The notes under the pieces: model-generated
The model's database searches: none
The model's input: the letters and a program-made list of their open reading frames with translations, nothing else
Told to the model about the DNA's origin: nothing
In this document: piece by piece, positions 35,509 to 44,965 of the stretch
Layout of the letters: the number at the start of each line of letters is the position of its first letter
Position numbering within the stretch: the first letter of the stretch is position 1
Program-made: the position numbers and the translations under genes
Source: Escherichia phage RB49
DNA: 64,000 nucleotides
Sequence record: NC_005066.1
Reading direction: 5' to 3' (one strand)

Positions 35509-35658
35509 TTATGCAACCGCAAACATCAACATTTGAACATTCTTGGCTGTCTGGCTTTCAAAGTTCTGACATTCTTTGATAATGTCCTCTACTTTCTCGC
35601 CGGAGATCTCCGCGTAAGTTTCGATTGCCATTTTCAGTACCGCGTCAAAGTTGTTCAT
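35509..35658 (-). CDS. Hypothetical small protein
   Basis: 49 aa (MNNFDAVLKMAIETYAEISG...), hand-translated; cassette and GGAGAATC RBS upstream. Confidence 0.4.
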   Translation of the reverse strand: MNNFDAVLKMAIETYAEISGEKVEDIIKECQNFESQTAKNVQMLMFAVA

Positions 35659-35662
35659 TTGA

Positions 35663-35725
35663 TTCTCCTTAAAGTGTATTTCGTTTCGATGGGGGTATAT
35701 TACTACCCCCGTTTCATGCTGTCAA
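35663..35725 (-). promoter_or_regulatory. Early promoter cassette
   Basis: TTGACA-17 bp-TAATAT-ACCCCCATCGAAACGAAA. Confidence 0.55.
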
Positions 35726-35944
35726 CTACTTTTTAATGACAAGTTCGAATTTTGCTACCTTGCGTCCTCGTTTATTGAAAGCAACCCACGGACGGTTTTC
35801 AATGTAGAACAATTCTTCACCAATAATGAATACTGGCTGATTGTAAAGGCGACCCATCAGGTCACGCTGGCGAATGGTAGTAGATTCGTATACTTCGCCT
35901 ACTACAAAGTGTTTGCTGATAGAGTCGGTGCAAGTAAATTTCAT
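35726..35944 (-). CDS. Hypothetical small protein
   Basis: 72 aa ORF. Confidence 0.5.
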   Translation of the reverse strand: MKFTCTDSISKHFVVGEVYESTTIRQRDLMGRLYNQPVFIIGEELFYIENRPWVAFNKRGRKVAKFELVIKK

Positions 35945-36006
35945 TTTGATTCTCCTTTGTTTCGTTTCGATGGGAGTATCTTACTACCCCCGTTATTCAG
36001 TGTCAA
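35945..36006 (-). promoter_or_regulatory. Early promoter cassette, GGGAGTA class
   Basis: TTGACA-17 bp-TAAGAT-ACTCCCATCGAAACGAAAC. Confidence 0.5.
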
Positions 36007-36013
36007 CTACTTT

Positions 36014-36232
36014 TTACTTGTTGTATTCATTCCACCATTGGGTGAGCTTATCAATTATTTTTGTGTTTCTATCCAACTTCTCCCACCGTTTTCTAGGGTT
36101 TATCAACCGGAATAGGTAAGGTGTACTTGTTAAGTGGACTCGGTCAATGTAGTGATTGATGTACTGCTTTTCAATTCTAAGTTTCATCTTTTTACGATGA
36201 AAATATGCAATGACTTGTTCTTCTGTTTCCAT
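36014..36232 (-). CDS. Hypothetical small protein
   Basis: 72 aa ORF. Confidence 0.5.
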   Translation of the reverse strand: METEEQVIAYFHRKKMKLRIEKQYINHYIDRVHLTSTPYLFRLINPRKRWEKLDRNTKIIDKLTQWWNEYNK

Positions 36233-36285
36233 ATGTTCCTCCGTTTCGATGTGCGTATTATGCTATGGCAAGATCAGATTGTCAA
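36233..36285 (-). promoter_or_regulatory. Early promoter cassette
   Basis: TTGACA-17 bp-CATAAT-ACGCACATCGAAACGGAGG. Confidence 0.55.
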
Positions 36286-36300
36286 CACCCAATAACAAAA

Positions 36301-36322
36301 AAGTCGCCACTATGGGCGACTT
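36301..36322 (-). terminator. Stem-loop terminator immediately upstream of the promoter cassette
   Basis: aagtcgcc-actatg-ggcgactt followed by TTTTTT on the minus strand, then TTGACA. Confidence 0.55.
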
Positions 36323-36332
36323 TGAACAAACA

Positions 36333-36809
36333 TTAATCATGACCGTGATTTGCAATATCCGCTCGCGTCTTATCTTTGTGATTTCCTACGTCAAAGACAC
36401 GATAACCATTTTCACGCAAAACTTTAATCACTTCTGGGTTATCCTCAAAGACTCCGACAACTTCATCTTTATCAAAGGATTTAATTACCTCTAATTTGAT
36501 GTGATAGTCTTTACGGGAATCGGTACGGCCTCTCATAAAGATTTTATCAAAACACACCCCGTTAGAAATTAACCAATCAATTGTTTCCATGTAAGCATGT
36601 GAACTTCGTCCGGTGAGGATGTAAATCAAATGCCCGTTGTCGGAAAGAGCATTAATAACACGAATTACATCGTAAATGGGGGAATCTCCCCCACATGCCT
36701 TGTTATATTCGATCCATGACTCAACTTTATCAAGATTTTCGGTTGGCATCTTTGCTAGTCGATGTGTTGGATCTGTGATCGTAAAATCTAAATCGACAAA
36801 ATATATCAT
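36333..36809 (-). CDS. HAD-superfamily phosphatase-like protein (possible deoxynucleotidase)
   Basis: 158 aa; N-terminal FVDLDFTIT (DxDxT) motif; overlaps the nrdB stop. Confidence 0.5.
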   Translation of the reverse strand: MIYFVDLDFTITDPTHRLAKMPTENLDKVESWIEYNKACGGDSPIYDVIRVINALSDNGHLIYILTGRSSHAYMETIDWLISNGVCFDKIFMRGRTDSRKDYHIKLEVIKSFDKDEVVGVFEDNPEVIKVLRENGYRVFDVGNHKDKTRADIANHGHD

Positions 36810-37966
36810 AGATATTTCCCGAATCGGTTGTAGTCTTCGTCTGTTAAATCGGTATTAACCTGAGATACCAGATACATAATCTCTACTTCCTGCGCTGCAT
36901 TCTGTACTTCGTCAGAGTTCAACCATTTACGCATCCACGGTAACGGATGACGACGAACACTAAACGGGCTTTTCAGTCCGGCAGCGCGCATACGGGAATC
37001 TGCCAGGTATTCTACATAGGTTTTCAGAATTTCCGGTGACAGGTTAGGAATTGCCCCCATTGCGAATAAGTGGTCTACCCATTCTTTTTCTTGCTCGACA
37101 ACATCCAGAAAGATTTTCGTTGCTTCGCCTTCAAGTTCTTCCGCAATCTGTTTCCACTCATCACCATCAACCCCCGTTTGCCATTGACGAATAATGTATT
37201 GTGTGCCTTTTAAGTGAAGTTGTTCATCACGCGCAATAAATTTCATGATCTTCGCGTTACCTTCCAGTAAACCACGTTCGGCAAAGCTGAAAGTACATGC
37301 AAAGGACACATAAAAACGGATTGCTTCCAGTGCATTTACGCAGTGTGCACACAGATAAATCGAAGCCATCAGATCTCGTTTTGTGTCTTCAAAAAATCTT
37401 CGCGCATCATCTAATGCTGTCTGGTCGTCTCGTTCTTCCCAATAGCGGAGATCTTCTTTTGCATTCTCATACTTACGAATCCAATAAAGAACATCATCAT
37501 AATATTTCCCGATAGATTCCGCTCGCTTCATGATAGCAGGGTTATCGATGATCTGGTCGAACTCACTAGCCGGATCAATGAAACAGTTACGCATAATGTG
37601 TGTATAGCTTCGGCTATGAATCGTTTCGCTGAATGTCCATGTTTGCAACCATGTATCGAGAGTTGGATCAGATACAATTGGACCAAATGCTGCGGACGGT
37701 GCGCGACCTTGAATAGAATCAAGTAATGTCTGATACTTCAAGTTTTCAGTAAAGAAACGCTTTTCAACGTCACCCATATTAAGATATTGAATACGGTCGG
37801 TTGCAAGTGAAATTTCTTCTGGACGCCAGAAAAATGACAATTGCTTTTCGATCAGTTCTTCAAATACTTGATGACGCTGAATATCATAGCGAGCGATACC
37901 CAACCCACTACCCAGAAACATTGGTTCGTTCATAATATCAACATGTTCGCGGTTAAATACGCTCAT
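36806..37966 (-). CDS. nrdB: Ribonucleotide reductase small (beta) subunit; no intron
   Basis: 386 aa; diiron-tyrosyl radical family features; continuous ORF. Confidence 0.85.
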   Translation of the reverse strand: MSVFNREHVDIMNEPMFLGSGLGIARYDIQRHQVFEELIEKQLSFFWRPEEISLATDRIQYLNMGDVEKRFFTENLKYQTLLDSIQGRAPSAAFGPIVSDPTLDTWLQTWTFSETIHSRSYTHIMRNCFIDPASEFDQIIDNPAIMKRAESIGKYYDDVLYWIRKYENAKEDLRYWEERDDQTALDDARRFFEDTKRDLMASIYLCAHCVNALEAIRFYVSFACTFSFAERGLLEGNAKIMKFIARDEQLHLKGTQYIIRQWQTGVDGDEWKQIAEELEGEATKIFLDVVEQEKEWVDHLFAMGAIPNLSPEILKTYVEYLADSRMRAAGLKSPFSVRRHPLPWMRKWLNSDEVQNAAQEVEIMYLVSQVNTDLTDEDYNRFGKYL

Positions 37967-37981
37967 TAATTCACCTCACTA

Positions 37982-38149
37982 TCACTTTTTAACACAAAAG
38001 AACTTAGTATTTCTGTTTATTTCGCTATCCTGCTGCAATTCCTGCACAGCTTCAAAACAATTTTGATATGATGAAAACTCTACGCTGGTAACAGTTCCTT
38101 TATTATATACGCCGACGCTAACGGAAAGCAATAACCATAATGTAGCCAT
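37982..38149 (-). CDS. Small protein with hydrophobic N-terminus, paralogue 1
   Basis: 55 aa (MATLWLLLSVSVGVYNKG...), hand-translated; TAATG overlap with the upstream paralogue. Confidence 0.4.
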   Translation of the reverse strand: MATLWLLLSVSVGVYNKGTVTSVEFSSYQNCFEAVQELQQDSEINRNTKFFCVKK

Positions 38150-38322
38150 TAGTTCACCTTTTGTTTTTCAACGCAATATAGATTCATAAAGCGTTTATTG
38201 TCTTCGCGGATAATCTCGCGAGCTTTAACGCAATCCTGCTTTGTTGCAAACTCAATGCTTGACATATTTCCGTAATTATACATTGAATTGCTTATTGCAA
38301 TCAATAACCATACAGTAGCCAT
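38149..38322 (-). CDS. Small protein with hydrophobic N-terminus, paralogue 2
   Basis: 57 aa (MATVWLLIAISNSMYNYG...), hand-translated; tandem duplicate of the preceding gene. Confidence 0.4.
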   Translation of the reverse strand: MATVWLLIAISNSMYNYGNMSSIEFATKQDCVKAREIIREDNKRFMNLYCVEKQKVN

Positions 38323-38489
38323 TATCCGACAACCTCAAAACATTTATCATCAGGAAGAATCGCCCATTCTACACCGTATTCATCCTCGACGTAGTAGCAA
38401 GTCCCATCATGTCGAGCATCATATTCATCACCAACAACAAAGCTATCAGCTAGTTCAAAATCTACAGCAACACATTTTAATTTGGTCAT
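38322..38489 (-). CDS. Hypothetical small protein
   Basis: 55 aa from the internal Met (MTKLKCVAVDFE...) of the listed 76 aa ORF; promoter cassette upstream. Confidence 0.45.
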   Translation of the reverse strand: MTKLKCVAVDFELADSFVVGDEYDARHDGTCYYVEDEYGVEWAILPDDKCFEVVG

Positions 38490-38549
38490 AATAAAATCCT
38501 CACTTGTTTTTGATGGTTGTATTATAGCGGGGATTTCTCCCCGCGTCAA
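38490..38549 (-). promoter_or_regulatory. Early promoter cassette with palindromic spacer
   Basis: TTGACg-CGGGGAGAAATCCCCGC-TATAAT. Confidence 0.6.
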
Positions 38550-38557
38550 CACTTATT

Positions 38558-40801
38558 TTACAGCTTGCAAGATGAGCACTCGCTAGCGTCTTCCGTACCA
38601 TCAGCACCATCACGCACGTTAGCGTAATACAGGGTTTTCAGACCGTAATATTGAGCAAACAGCATATCATCTAACACATCAGCAATATCGACTTTACCAG
38701 TCTTATAAGTGCTTGGATCGTATGATGTATTGGAACTAATCGCCTGATCCACAAACTTCTGCATGATCGCTGCCAGTGTCAGATAAGGCTTGTTACCTTT
38801 CTTGATCAGTGTCCAAAGCAGGTCAATAACATCAGCATTATTCTCTACGTTCGGAATAACCTGATTAAATTGCCCTTCTTTCGATCCTTTAACCGATACA
38901 ATCCCGCGAGGCGGTTCAATACCATTTGTGCTGTTAGACACCTGAGAGGACGACTCACAAGGCATCAGCGCCGACAGTGTACTGTTACGAATGCCATATT
39001 TTTTCAGGTCTTTGCGCAGTTCTTCCCAATCCATCTCATACACCGGATCAACCAGTTCATCTACTGTCTTTTTGTACCAGTCGATAGGCAGTTCACCGCG
39101 TCCATAACGTGTTTCGTGCATCAGTTCGCAAGCACCCTTCTCTTTAGCCAGTTGCACACTAGCCTTAATCAGAGCATATTGCAAGCGTTCAAACGTTTTA
39201 TGCGTAAACTCGTTAGCGTCTTCATATGTGAAGAAATTATCCGCTAGATATGACGCAAAGTTAGTCACACCAACACCCAGAGAGCGACGTTTTTTGGCTG
39301 TTAGAGCTTGTTCTACAGGATAATCCTGATAATCTAACAGGTTGTCCAGTGCACGCACCATAACCATAGCAATGCGTTCTACTTCTTCCATATTTTCGAT
39401 ATCGAAATTACCTAAAACATATGCTGCCAAAGTACATAGGCTAATTTCTGAATCATCACGACCCATCGGTTTAGTAGGCAGTGCAATTTCACAACACAGG
39501 TTAGATTGTTTAATCGGTGCTACATTACGAATAAACGCCCCGTGATTGTTCATGTTGTCTGTGAACGTTGGGTAGATTCGACCAGTGTTAAAACGTTCAA
39601 TTGCCACCGCTAAAAACAGGTCTTCGGCTTTAACACGAGTTTTACGAACACTCGGATCTTTTTCCAGTTTTTCGTAAAGCTGGCGGAAACCTTCCTCATC
39701 TCGGAAGTATAGATCCCACAACAAGCCACCCGCAACATCTGGACTAAACAGAGTAATGTAATCCCGTTTAAGGAATCGCTCTACCATCAGGTTATTAATC
39801 TGTACGCCGTAATCAAGATGACGAATGCGGTTATCTTCCACCCCCTTATTGTTCTTTAACACAATCAGACTTTCAAACTCTAAATGCCACATTGGGTAAT
39901 AGAGAGTCGCCGCCCCGCCACGAATACCGCCTTGTGAGCATGACTTAACGGCAGTCTGAAAATGTTTCCAGAATGGGATAACGCCAGTATGACGAACTTC
40001 ACCATGCCCGATCTTAGATCCTTCCGCGCGAATCATACCAGCGTTGATACCGATGCCAGCACGCTTGCTAATATACTTGATGATTGCATTTGCTGTTTCG
40101 TTGATGCCCTGCAATGAGTCATCACTTTCAATCACCACGCACGAACTAAATTGTCGTGTTGGAGTACGCACACCCGCCATAATCGGAGTAGGCAGAGAGA
40201 TTTGCTTATTCGCAACAGCATTATAAAAATCAATCACATGTTCAAGTCTATTTTCTGTCTCTTCTTGATGTAAGCACATACCGATCAGCATATACGCAAA
40301 TTGCGGTGTTTCGATGATTTTCTTAGTGCTGCGATCCTGAACAAGATATTTCTCTTTTAACTGCATCGCACCAGCATAGGTCATTTTAAAATCAAGTTTA
40401 TGGTCGATGAATTTCTCCAGATATTCCACTTCTTCACGGGAATACTTTTGCAGAATTTCGCGATCATATTTTCCGGTTGCAATATTACGCTCAATATGGC
40501 TGTAAAAATCAATCGGTTGGAATTGACCGTATACTGATTTGCGAAGCGCGAACATTGCAAGGTTACTTGCTACATATTGATAATCGGGCGTTTCTACCGT
40601 GATGTTATCTGCGGCGACCTTAATCAATACTTTCTGGATATCATTGGTAGACATACCTTCTGTCAGAAGTGGTTCAACCATATCAAACAATTCATATGGA
40701 TCAACGTTATGACCTTCGGCTGCCGCTTCCAGAATTTTCATTACTTTTTCTTTTTCAAACGGAACAGTCAGACCGGAAGACTTAACAACATTTTTAATCA
40801 T
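38558..40801 (-). CDS. nrdA: Ribonucleotide reductase large (alpha) subunit
   Basis: 747 aa; ATP-cone N-terminus and class I RNR catalytic region; C-terminal CSSCKL-like tail. Confidence 0.85.
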   Translation of the reverse strand: MIKNVVKSSGLTVPFEKEKVMKILEAAAEGHNVDPYELFDMVEPLLTEGMSTNDIQKVLIKVAADNITVETPDYQYVASNLAMFALRKSVYGQFQPIDFYSHIERNIATGKYDREILQKYSREEVEYLEKFIDHKLDFKMTYAGAMQLKEKYLVQDRSTKKIIETPQFAYMLIGMCLHQEETENRLEHVIDFYNAVANKQISLPTPIMAGVRTPTRQFSSCVVIESDDSLQGINETANAIIKYISKRAGIGINAGMIRAEGSKIGHGEVRHTGVIPFWKHFQTAVKSCSQGGIRGGAATLYYPMWHLEFESLIVLKNNKGVEDNRIRHLDYGVQINNLMVERFLKRDYITLFSPDVAGGLLWDLYFRDEEGFRQLYEKLEKDPSVRKTRVKAEDLFLAVAIERFNTGRIYPTFTDNMNNHGAFIRNVAPIKQSNLCCEIALPTKPMGRDDSEISLCTLAAYVLGNFDIENMEEVERIAMVMVRALDNLLDYQDYPVEQALTAKKRRSLGVGVTNFASYLADNFFTYEDANEFTHKTFERLQYALIKASVQLAKEKGACELMHETRYGRGELPIDWYKKTVDELVDPVYEMDWEELRKDLKKYGIRNSTLSALMPCESSSQVSNSTNGIEPPRGIVSVKGSKEGQFNQVIPNVENNADVIDLLWTLIKKGNKPYLTLAAIMQKFVDQAISSNTSYDPSTYKTGKVDIADVLDDMLFAQYYGLKTLYYANVRDGADGTEDASECSSCKL

Positions 40802-40847
40802 ATTACCTCACTTCATATTTTAGCAGGAACAAGTTTATCCTCCATAT

Positions 40848-40865
40848 TGGGGGCTTTCGCCCCCT
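40848..40865 (-). terminator. Rho-independent terminator downstream of td
   Basis: gggggc-tttc-gccccc hairpin with flanking T-run. Confidence 0.5.
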
Positions 40866-40869
40866 TTGT

Positions 40870-42102
40870 TTATACTGCCATTTGAGCGGTGATTGCTGGA
40901 TGGCTTTGATAGTTGTGAATTTTAAAATCTTTCGGAGTCTTTGTCAATACCTCATCTAAAGATTTAAATTCCGGCAACTCAATTGTTGGTTTATCAAACG
41001 GAACACGGCTTAACTGTTCCATAACTTGATCAAAATGGTTTTTGTAAATGTGAGTATCTCCACCAGAGAAAATCAGTTCTCCTACCTCAAGATCACACAT
41101 TTTCGCTATGATGTGAGTTAACAGCGCATAGCTGGCGACGTTAAAGGGCAAGCCCAAAAAGCTGTCTACGCTTCGCTGAAACCACATACAAGACAGTTTA
41201 CCTTCATTGACGTAGAATTGTACGAACGGATGACATACACCCAACACAGCATTATGTGTTCCTTGTACGTTCCATGAGTCAATAATGATCCGGCGATCCG
41301 TTGGATTGTTTTTAATTTGTTCAATCACGTTTTGTAACTGGTCTTCCCAAATCTTCGGGCGATAGACATATTCTTCATCGTCTTTAGTGCTCGATGTGTC
41401 TACGTCCATACTAGCAAAGATCGTGGTATCTGGTGCTAAAATATCCCCACCCAGATAATCACTATCAAGCAGATAACCGAAATAACCATCATCTACCCAT
41501 TCCTGGAATCCCCACAAGCAATATGCATCATTAACAAAATTAGATTGAGTCTTCCAGTGGTCTGCTACTAAGAATAGATTATACTCAGAATCAAACTCTT
41601 CATAACGCATACCACGCCAGATAGCACATAAACGGTCTTCTGTTTCATTGGTTGGCGTAAAGTCTTCTACCCACGGGTGTTTAAATGTATGTGTATATTT
41701 GCTCTTAACGCGCTTAATTTTGATTTCACCGTGTGGATGAATCGGTTTGCGTCGCCATGCCATACCATACATATTACCGACATTATAACCATTGAATCGC
41801 AAAGGATTCTTTTCTTTCATATCAAGACAGTTGCCGCGCCAAATATCAAAGGCTTCCTCGTCAAACTTACCGCGTGTAATTTCCTGTAAGCGACGGCGGT
41901 CAAGTGATCCCTCCATAAACCATAGCAACTCGCCAATTACAGAGGCTGTAGCCATCTTTTTAGTGGTCAGTAAGGGGAAACCCTTGCTTAAATCAATTCG
42001 CATCTCTGCGCCGAATTTAGAGAGCGTACCTACCCCCGTGCGGTCTTCACGAGGCCAACCATTATCAAGAACATCACGCAATAGTTTCAAATATTCTTTC
42101 AT
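40870..42102 (-). CDS. td: Thymidylate synthase with a ~130 aa internal insertion
   Basis: 410 aa; ThyA motifs DRTGVGT, YGMAWRR, DRRIIIDSWN, CHPFVQFYV, LGLPFNVASYALL; extra segment between the YGxxWR motif and the DxRRII motif. Confidence 0.8.
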   Translation of the reverse strand: MKEYLKLLRDVLDNGWPREDRTGVGTLSKFGAEMRIDLSKGFPLLTTKKMATASVIGELLWFMEGSLDRRRLQEITRGKFDEEAFDIWRGNCLDMKEKNPLRFNGYNVGNMYGMAWRRKPIHPHGEIKIKRVKSKYTHTFKHPWVEDFTPTNETEDRLCAIWRGMRYEEFDSEYNLFLVADHWKTQSNFVNDAYCLWGFQEWVDDGYFGYLLDSDYLGGDILAPDTTIFASMDVDTSSTKDDEEYVYRPKIWEDQLQNVIEQIKNNPTDRRIIIDSWNVQGTHNAVLGVCHPFVQFYVNEGKLSCMWFQRSVDSFLGLPFNVASYALLTHIIAKMCDLEVGELIFSGGDTHIYKNHFDQVMEQLSRVPFDKPTIELPEFKSLDEVLTKTPKDFKIHNYQSHPAITAQMAV

Positions 42103-42370
42103 CCCACATCACCTTTTTCTTGTTGATTGCTTTCTTACGCAGTTTTGCTACTGTCTCGTCAATATCGATAAAGACAACGCCACGGTCGAATACAGTAGCA
42201 GGTCTTGAAATGTCGCTATTTTCCTGTACTGGAAGCCATGATGCGCTCGCTTCATCATAGAGATATTGTAAACCATAATAATCTACGGCTACTGCGTAGT
42301 TTTCACTGGTAGCCGTCCATAATTGAATAATACCGACTTTCATTATTGTTCCCGTCCGCAATGTAAGCAC
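42074..42370 (-). CDS. Hypothetical protein (start possibly internal Met)
   Basis: 98 aa ORF between td and frd. Confidence 0.4.
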   Translation of the reverse strand: MLTLRTGTIMKVGIIQLWTATSENYAVAVDYYGLQYLYDEASASWLPVQENSDISRPATVFDRGVVFIDIDETVAKLRKKAINKKKVMWDERIFETIA

Positions 42371-42436
42371 CGACTACCAGCAAACATCAAAGATTCACCA
42401 CAATGTTTGCACTCATAATCTGTAAGAATTTTCATG

Positions 42437-43006
42437 TTACGCCTTCTTACGTTCTAAGATTTGTTCGCTGATCAGGTAATCATCAAGGAAGTAATTATGT
42501 TCTTCTTTTGTTGCAAAGTCAAAATATAATTCCTGAATCATTTCCTTAGAAATACCAACATCATATTCAAATGGATCGTTGATTCCTGAACGTTGAACAT
42601 ACGTTAACACAATACGGTCCGCAAAGTCAACTGCTTTTTCAATCAGGGAAGGTCCACCAATAACACTTACCAAACCTTGCGTTTTCTCCAGGACTTTTAA
42701 CAGATCCTTTAATTCAATTCCAGTATACACATTAGGCTGGTCGCCGTTTTTGGCTTTCGGTGTCGGCTTGCTGGCATCGGTACTAATAACCACATTAAGA
42801 CGACCTTCCAGTGCTTTAGGCAGACTTTCAAAGGTATTACGTCCCATTACAACCGCCGCAAGTTCAACATCTCCCATAGTGCGCATTTTAAAGTTTTCCA
42901 TGTCCTTTTTGATTGGACGACCCCACGGTAAACCGCCTTTAAAACCAAAAGCCCAATTTTCATCTGACATTTTAGTGTCACCAATCGCAAATACACATTG
43001 AATCAT
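42437..43006 (-). CDS. frd: Dihydrofolate reductase
   Basis: 189 aa; N-terminal IGDTKMSDENWAFGFKGGLPW DHFR signature; position adjacent to td. Confidence 0.8.
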   Translation of the reverse strand: MIQCVFAIGDTKMSDENWAFGFKGGLPWGRPIKKDMENFKMRTMGDVELAAVVMGRNTFESLPKALEGRLNVVISTDASKPTPKAKNGDQPNVYTGIELKDLLKVLEKTQGLVSVIGGPSLIEKAVDFADRIVLTYVQRSGINDPFEYDVGISKEMIQELYFDFATKEEHNYFLDDYLISEQILERKKA

Positions 43007-43021
43007 AATATAAATCTCCCA

Positions 43022-43351
43022 TCAAATCAGTTTGAAATAGTTTTCGTTTACATTTTCTTCTGTGATTGCGGTCTTAAATTCTTGACCGTTATCCGGTGTG
43101 ATGAAATAACGGTCAGAATAATCACGAAAACGTTTTAAGTGAGATACCCCAACATTAACACCATTTTCCCAGAAACGAAAGGTAATCATTTTTGGTTCAT
43201 ATCGATAGTCGCTGGTTAACACAGTACCATCACCGCGACGGGCTTCATAAACCGTAATACATTCACGATTAGCGGCTTTTAGGCATTCTTCAATAGTGCC
43301 ACATGAGATAATACTTACTTTTTCATCTACGATTTGTTCTACAGTCCACAT
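43022..43351 (-). CDS. Hypothetical protein
   Basis: 109 aa ORF with promoter cassette upstream. Confidence 0.5.
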   Translation of the reverse strand: MWTVEQIVDEKVSIISCGTIEECLKAANRECITVYEARRGDGTVLTSDYRYEPKMITFRFWENGVNVGVSHLKRFRDYSDRYFITPDNGQEFKTAITEENVNENYFKLI

Positions 43352-43410
43352 AATATAGTCCTCACTTTGATTCGATGTTTGTATTATACACTGTTGCGTT
43401 ACGCTGTCAA
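43352..43410 (-). promoter_or_regulatory. Early promoter cassette
   Basis: TTGACA-16 bp-TATAAT on the minus strand. Confidence 0.5.
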
Positions 43411-44856
43411 CTCTTTTTCAAAAGATTTTACGATATACATGATAGTGCTCAATTCAGACGGCGCTACTGTCTCTGTCCAACCATCCGGCATATCTTCTTT
43501 CGAGATATAGGAAGTTTTACCTTTCATCGCTTCCTTGATCTTGTTCTCTAAGTCTAAGATCTTTTGACCGTCTTGTAAAGTCAGTTCATAAAAGATCTCG
43601 TGGTCGAATTTAGAAACGTTAGATTGCTGTTTCATTCTTTCTTGTGTTGTTTTATTTGTTATACCAAATTTAATTCCCACCAAGAAAGAATCTTTAATTA
43701 TTTTCTGTATATACAATACGCCTTTTTTGGATGGTCTAAATCCATAATGTGCACAATTCGGACATCCTTTACCAGATAAAAAATTTTGTGCGGATGTTGT
43801 ATATTCTCCACAATTAGAACACAACAATTTTAGATTTTTTACTTTTCCTCCTTTATAACCAGAATCAAAGCATACAAATGTTATATTATCACGGTCTTTA
43901 GATTCTTTAATAATATCGAGCATGGCTTCTTCTTCGGTTTTTAATCCAACCCCAGCACATTTAGCACACCCGTTTCTTCCATTTTTAATAGAATTTAATG
44001 ATGTTGTATACTCACCGTGTCGGTGACAACTAACTACCAAATTTTTTGTGTTTATATTTTTATAGCCATCAATAAAACCAACAACAGTTAAACCGAGTTG
44101 ATCTGCACACTCTTTTGCAAAATTAATAGCGTCTTCTTCTGAAAATGTTCTCTTAGACACTGCTTTATTTTTACTACATATAGGACAGCCACGACCCAAC
44201 CTACAGAAATTGTAATAACTGGTTTTAAATTCACCATGAATAAAACATTCAACAATTAAATTTCTCTCATTGTTTTTTACATACCCACCTTCAAATCCGA
44301 CAACTACACAATTTCCTAGTATATTTGCACGTTCGACCGCTTCTAGTGTAACAATGTTTATGTCATATTTTGGTGTTCCTTTGCATTTAGGACAACCACG
44401 CCCTTGCATATATTTGTTATGCGAAGTTTTATATTCTCCATGATGTTTACAGTTCACTATAAGATTTCTGTATGCGCTTGTTTTATATCCACCGTCGAAT
44501 CCTATAATATCTTCGGTTTCTCTTTTCTGAGACTCCATCAAAACATCGGCAAGTGCTTTATTAGTTGAGTTTCTTCTGATTTCAGCAACTCTATTGGTTG
44601 CACATTTTTTACAGCCATAGTTTTTTTCGTAATTTCCGATATTTGACGTGAAGATGTTTTTACATTTGCATAATATACATGCTTTTGTTTTAACAGAATT
44701 CCATTCACCAATAAAGCCAAGATATATATGTTTTTTGGATAATGATATTTTAATAAATCTTTTCTCATATTCCATAGGAGAAATAGCACTAGATGTTTTT
44801 CCAGTCCATTGAATGTCTTTAGCATATCTAAGAATTGTCATTGATTTAATTTTCAT
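43399..44856 (-). CDS. Multi-zinc-ribbon repeat protein with C-terminal T5orf172/GIY-YIG-like domain (putative homing-endonuclease-like)
   Basis: 485 aa; five repeats of about 40 aa of form GF.GGYK...NL.V.C..HGEY.TS.......G.GCP.C, then GVLYIQKI...FLVGIKFGITNKTTQERMKQ. Confidence 0.5.
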   Translation of the reverse strand: MKIKSMTILRYAKDIQWTGKTSSAISPMEYEKRFIKISLSKKHIYLGFIGEWNSVKTKACILCKCKNIFTSNIGNYEKNYGCKKCATNRVAEIRRNSTNKALADVLMESQKRETEDIIGFDGGYKTSAYRNLIVNCKHHGEYKTSHNKYMQGRGCPKCKGTPKYDINIVTLEAVERANILGNCVVVGFEGGYVKNNERNLIVECFIHGEFKTSYYNFCRLGRGCPICSKNKAVSKRTFSEEDAINFAKECADQLGLTVVGFIDGYKNINTKNLVVSCHRHGEYTTSLNSIKNGRNGCAKCAGVGLKTEEEAMLDIIKESKDRDNITFVCFDSGYKGGKVKNLKLLCSNCGEYTTSAQNFLSGKGCPNCAHYGFRPSKKGVLYIQKIIKDSFLVGIKFGITNKTTQERMKQQSNVSKFDHEIFYELTLQDGQKILDLENKIKEAMKGKTSYISKEDMPDGWTETVAPSELSTIMYIVKSFEKELTA

Positions 44857-44913
44857 ATTTTATCCTCCGTTGTTTCGATGTTTGTATTATACATTACCAC
44901 ATAGTCATGTCAA
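44857..44913 (-). promoter_or_regulatory. Early promoter cassette
   Basis: TTGACA ... TATAAT-like box upstream of the zinc-ribbon repeat gene. Confidence 0.45.
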
Positions 44914-44945
44914 CACCTTTTTCATAAATTTTTAGGCAATAAAAA

Positions 44946-44965
44946 AGCCTCCCCGAAGGGAGGCT
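44946..44965 (-). terminator. Rho-independent terminator after gene 32
   Basis: agcctccc-cgaa-gggaggct followed by TTTTTT on the minus strand. Confidence 0.65.

Noticed and set aside
40870-42102. Possible intein in thymidylate synthase
   Set aside because: The inserted segment lacks an N-terminal Cys/Ser block and a C-terminal His-Asn followed by Cys/Ser/Thr; it is more likely a domain insertion or lineage-specific expansion.
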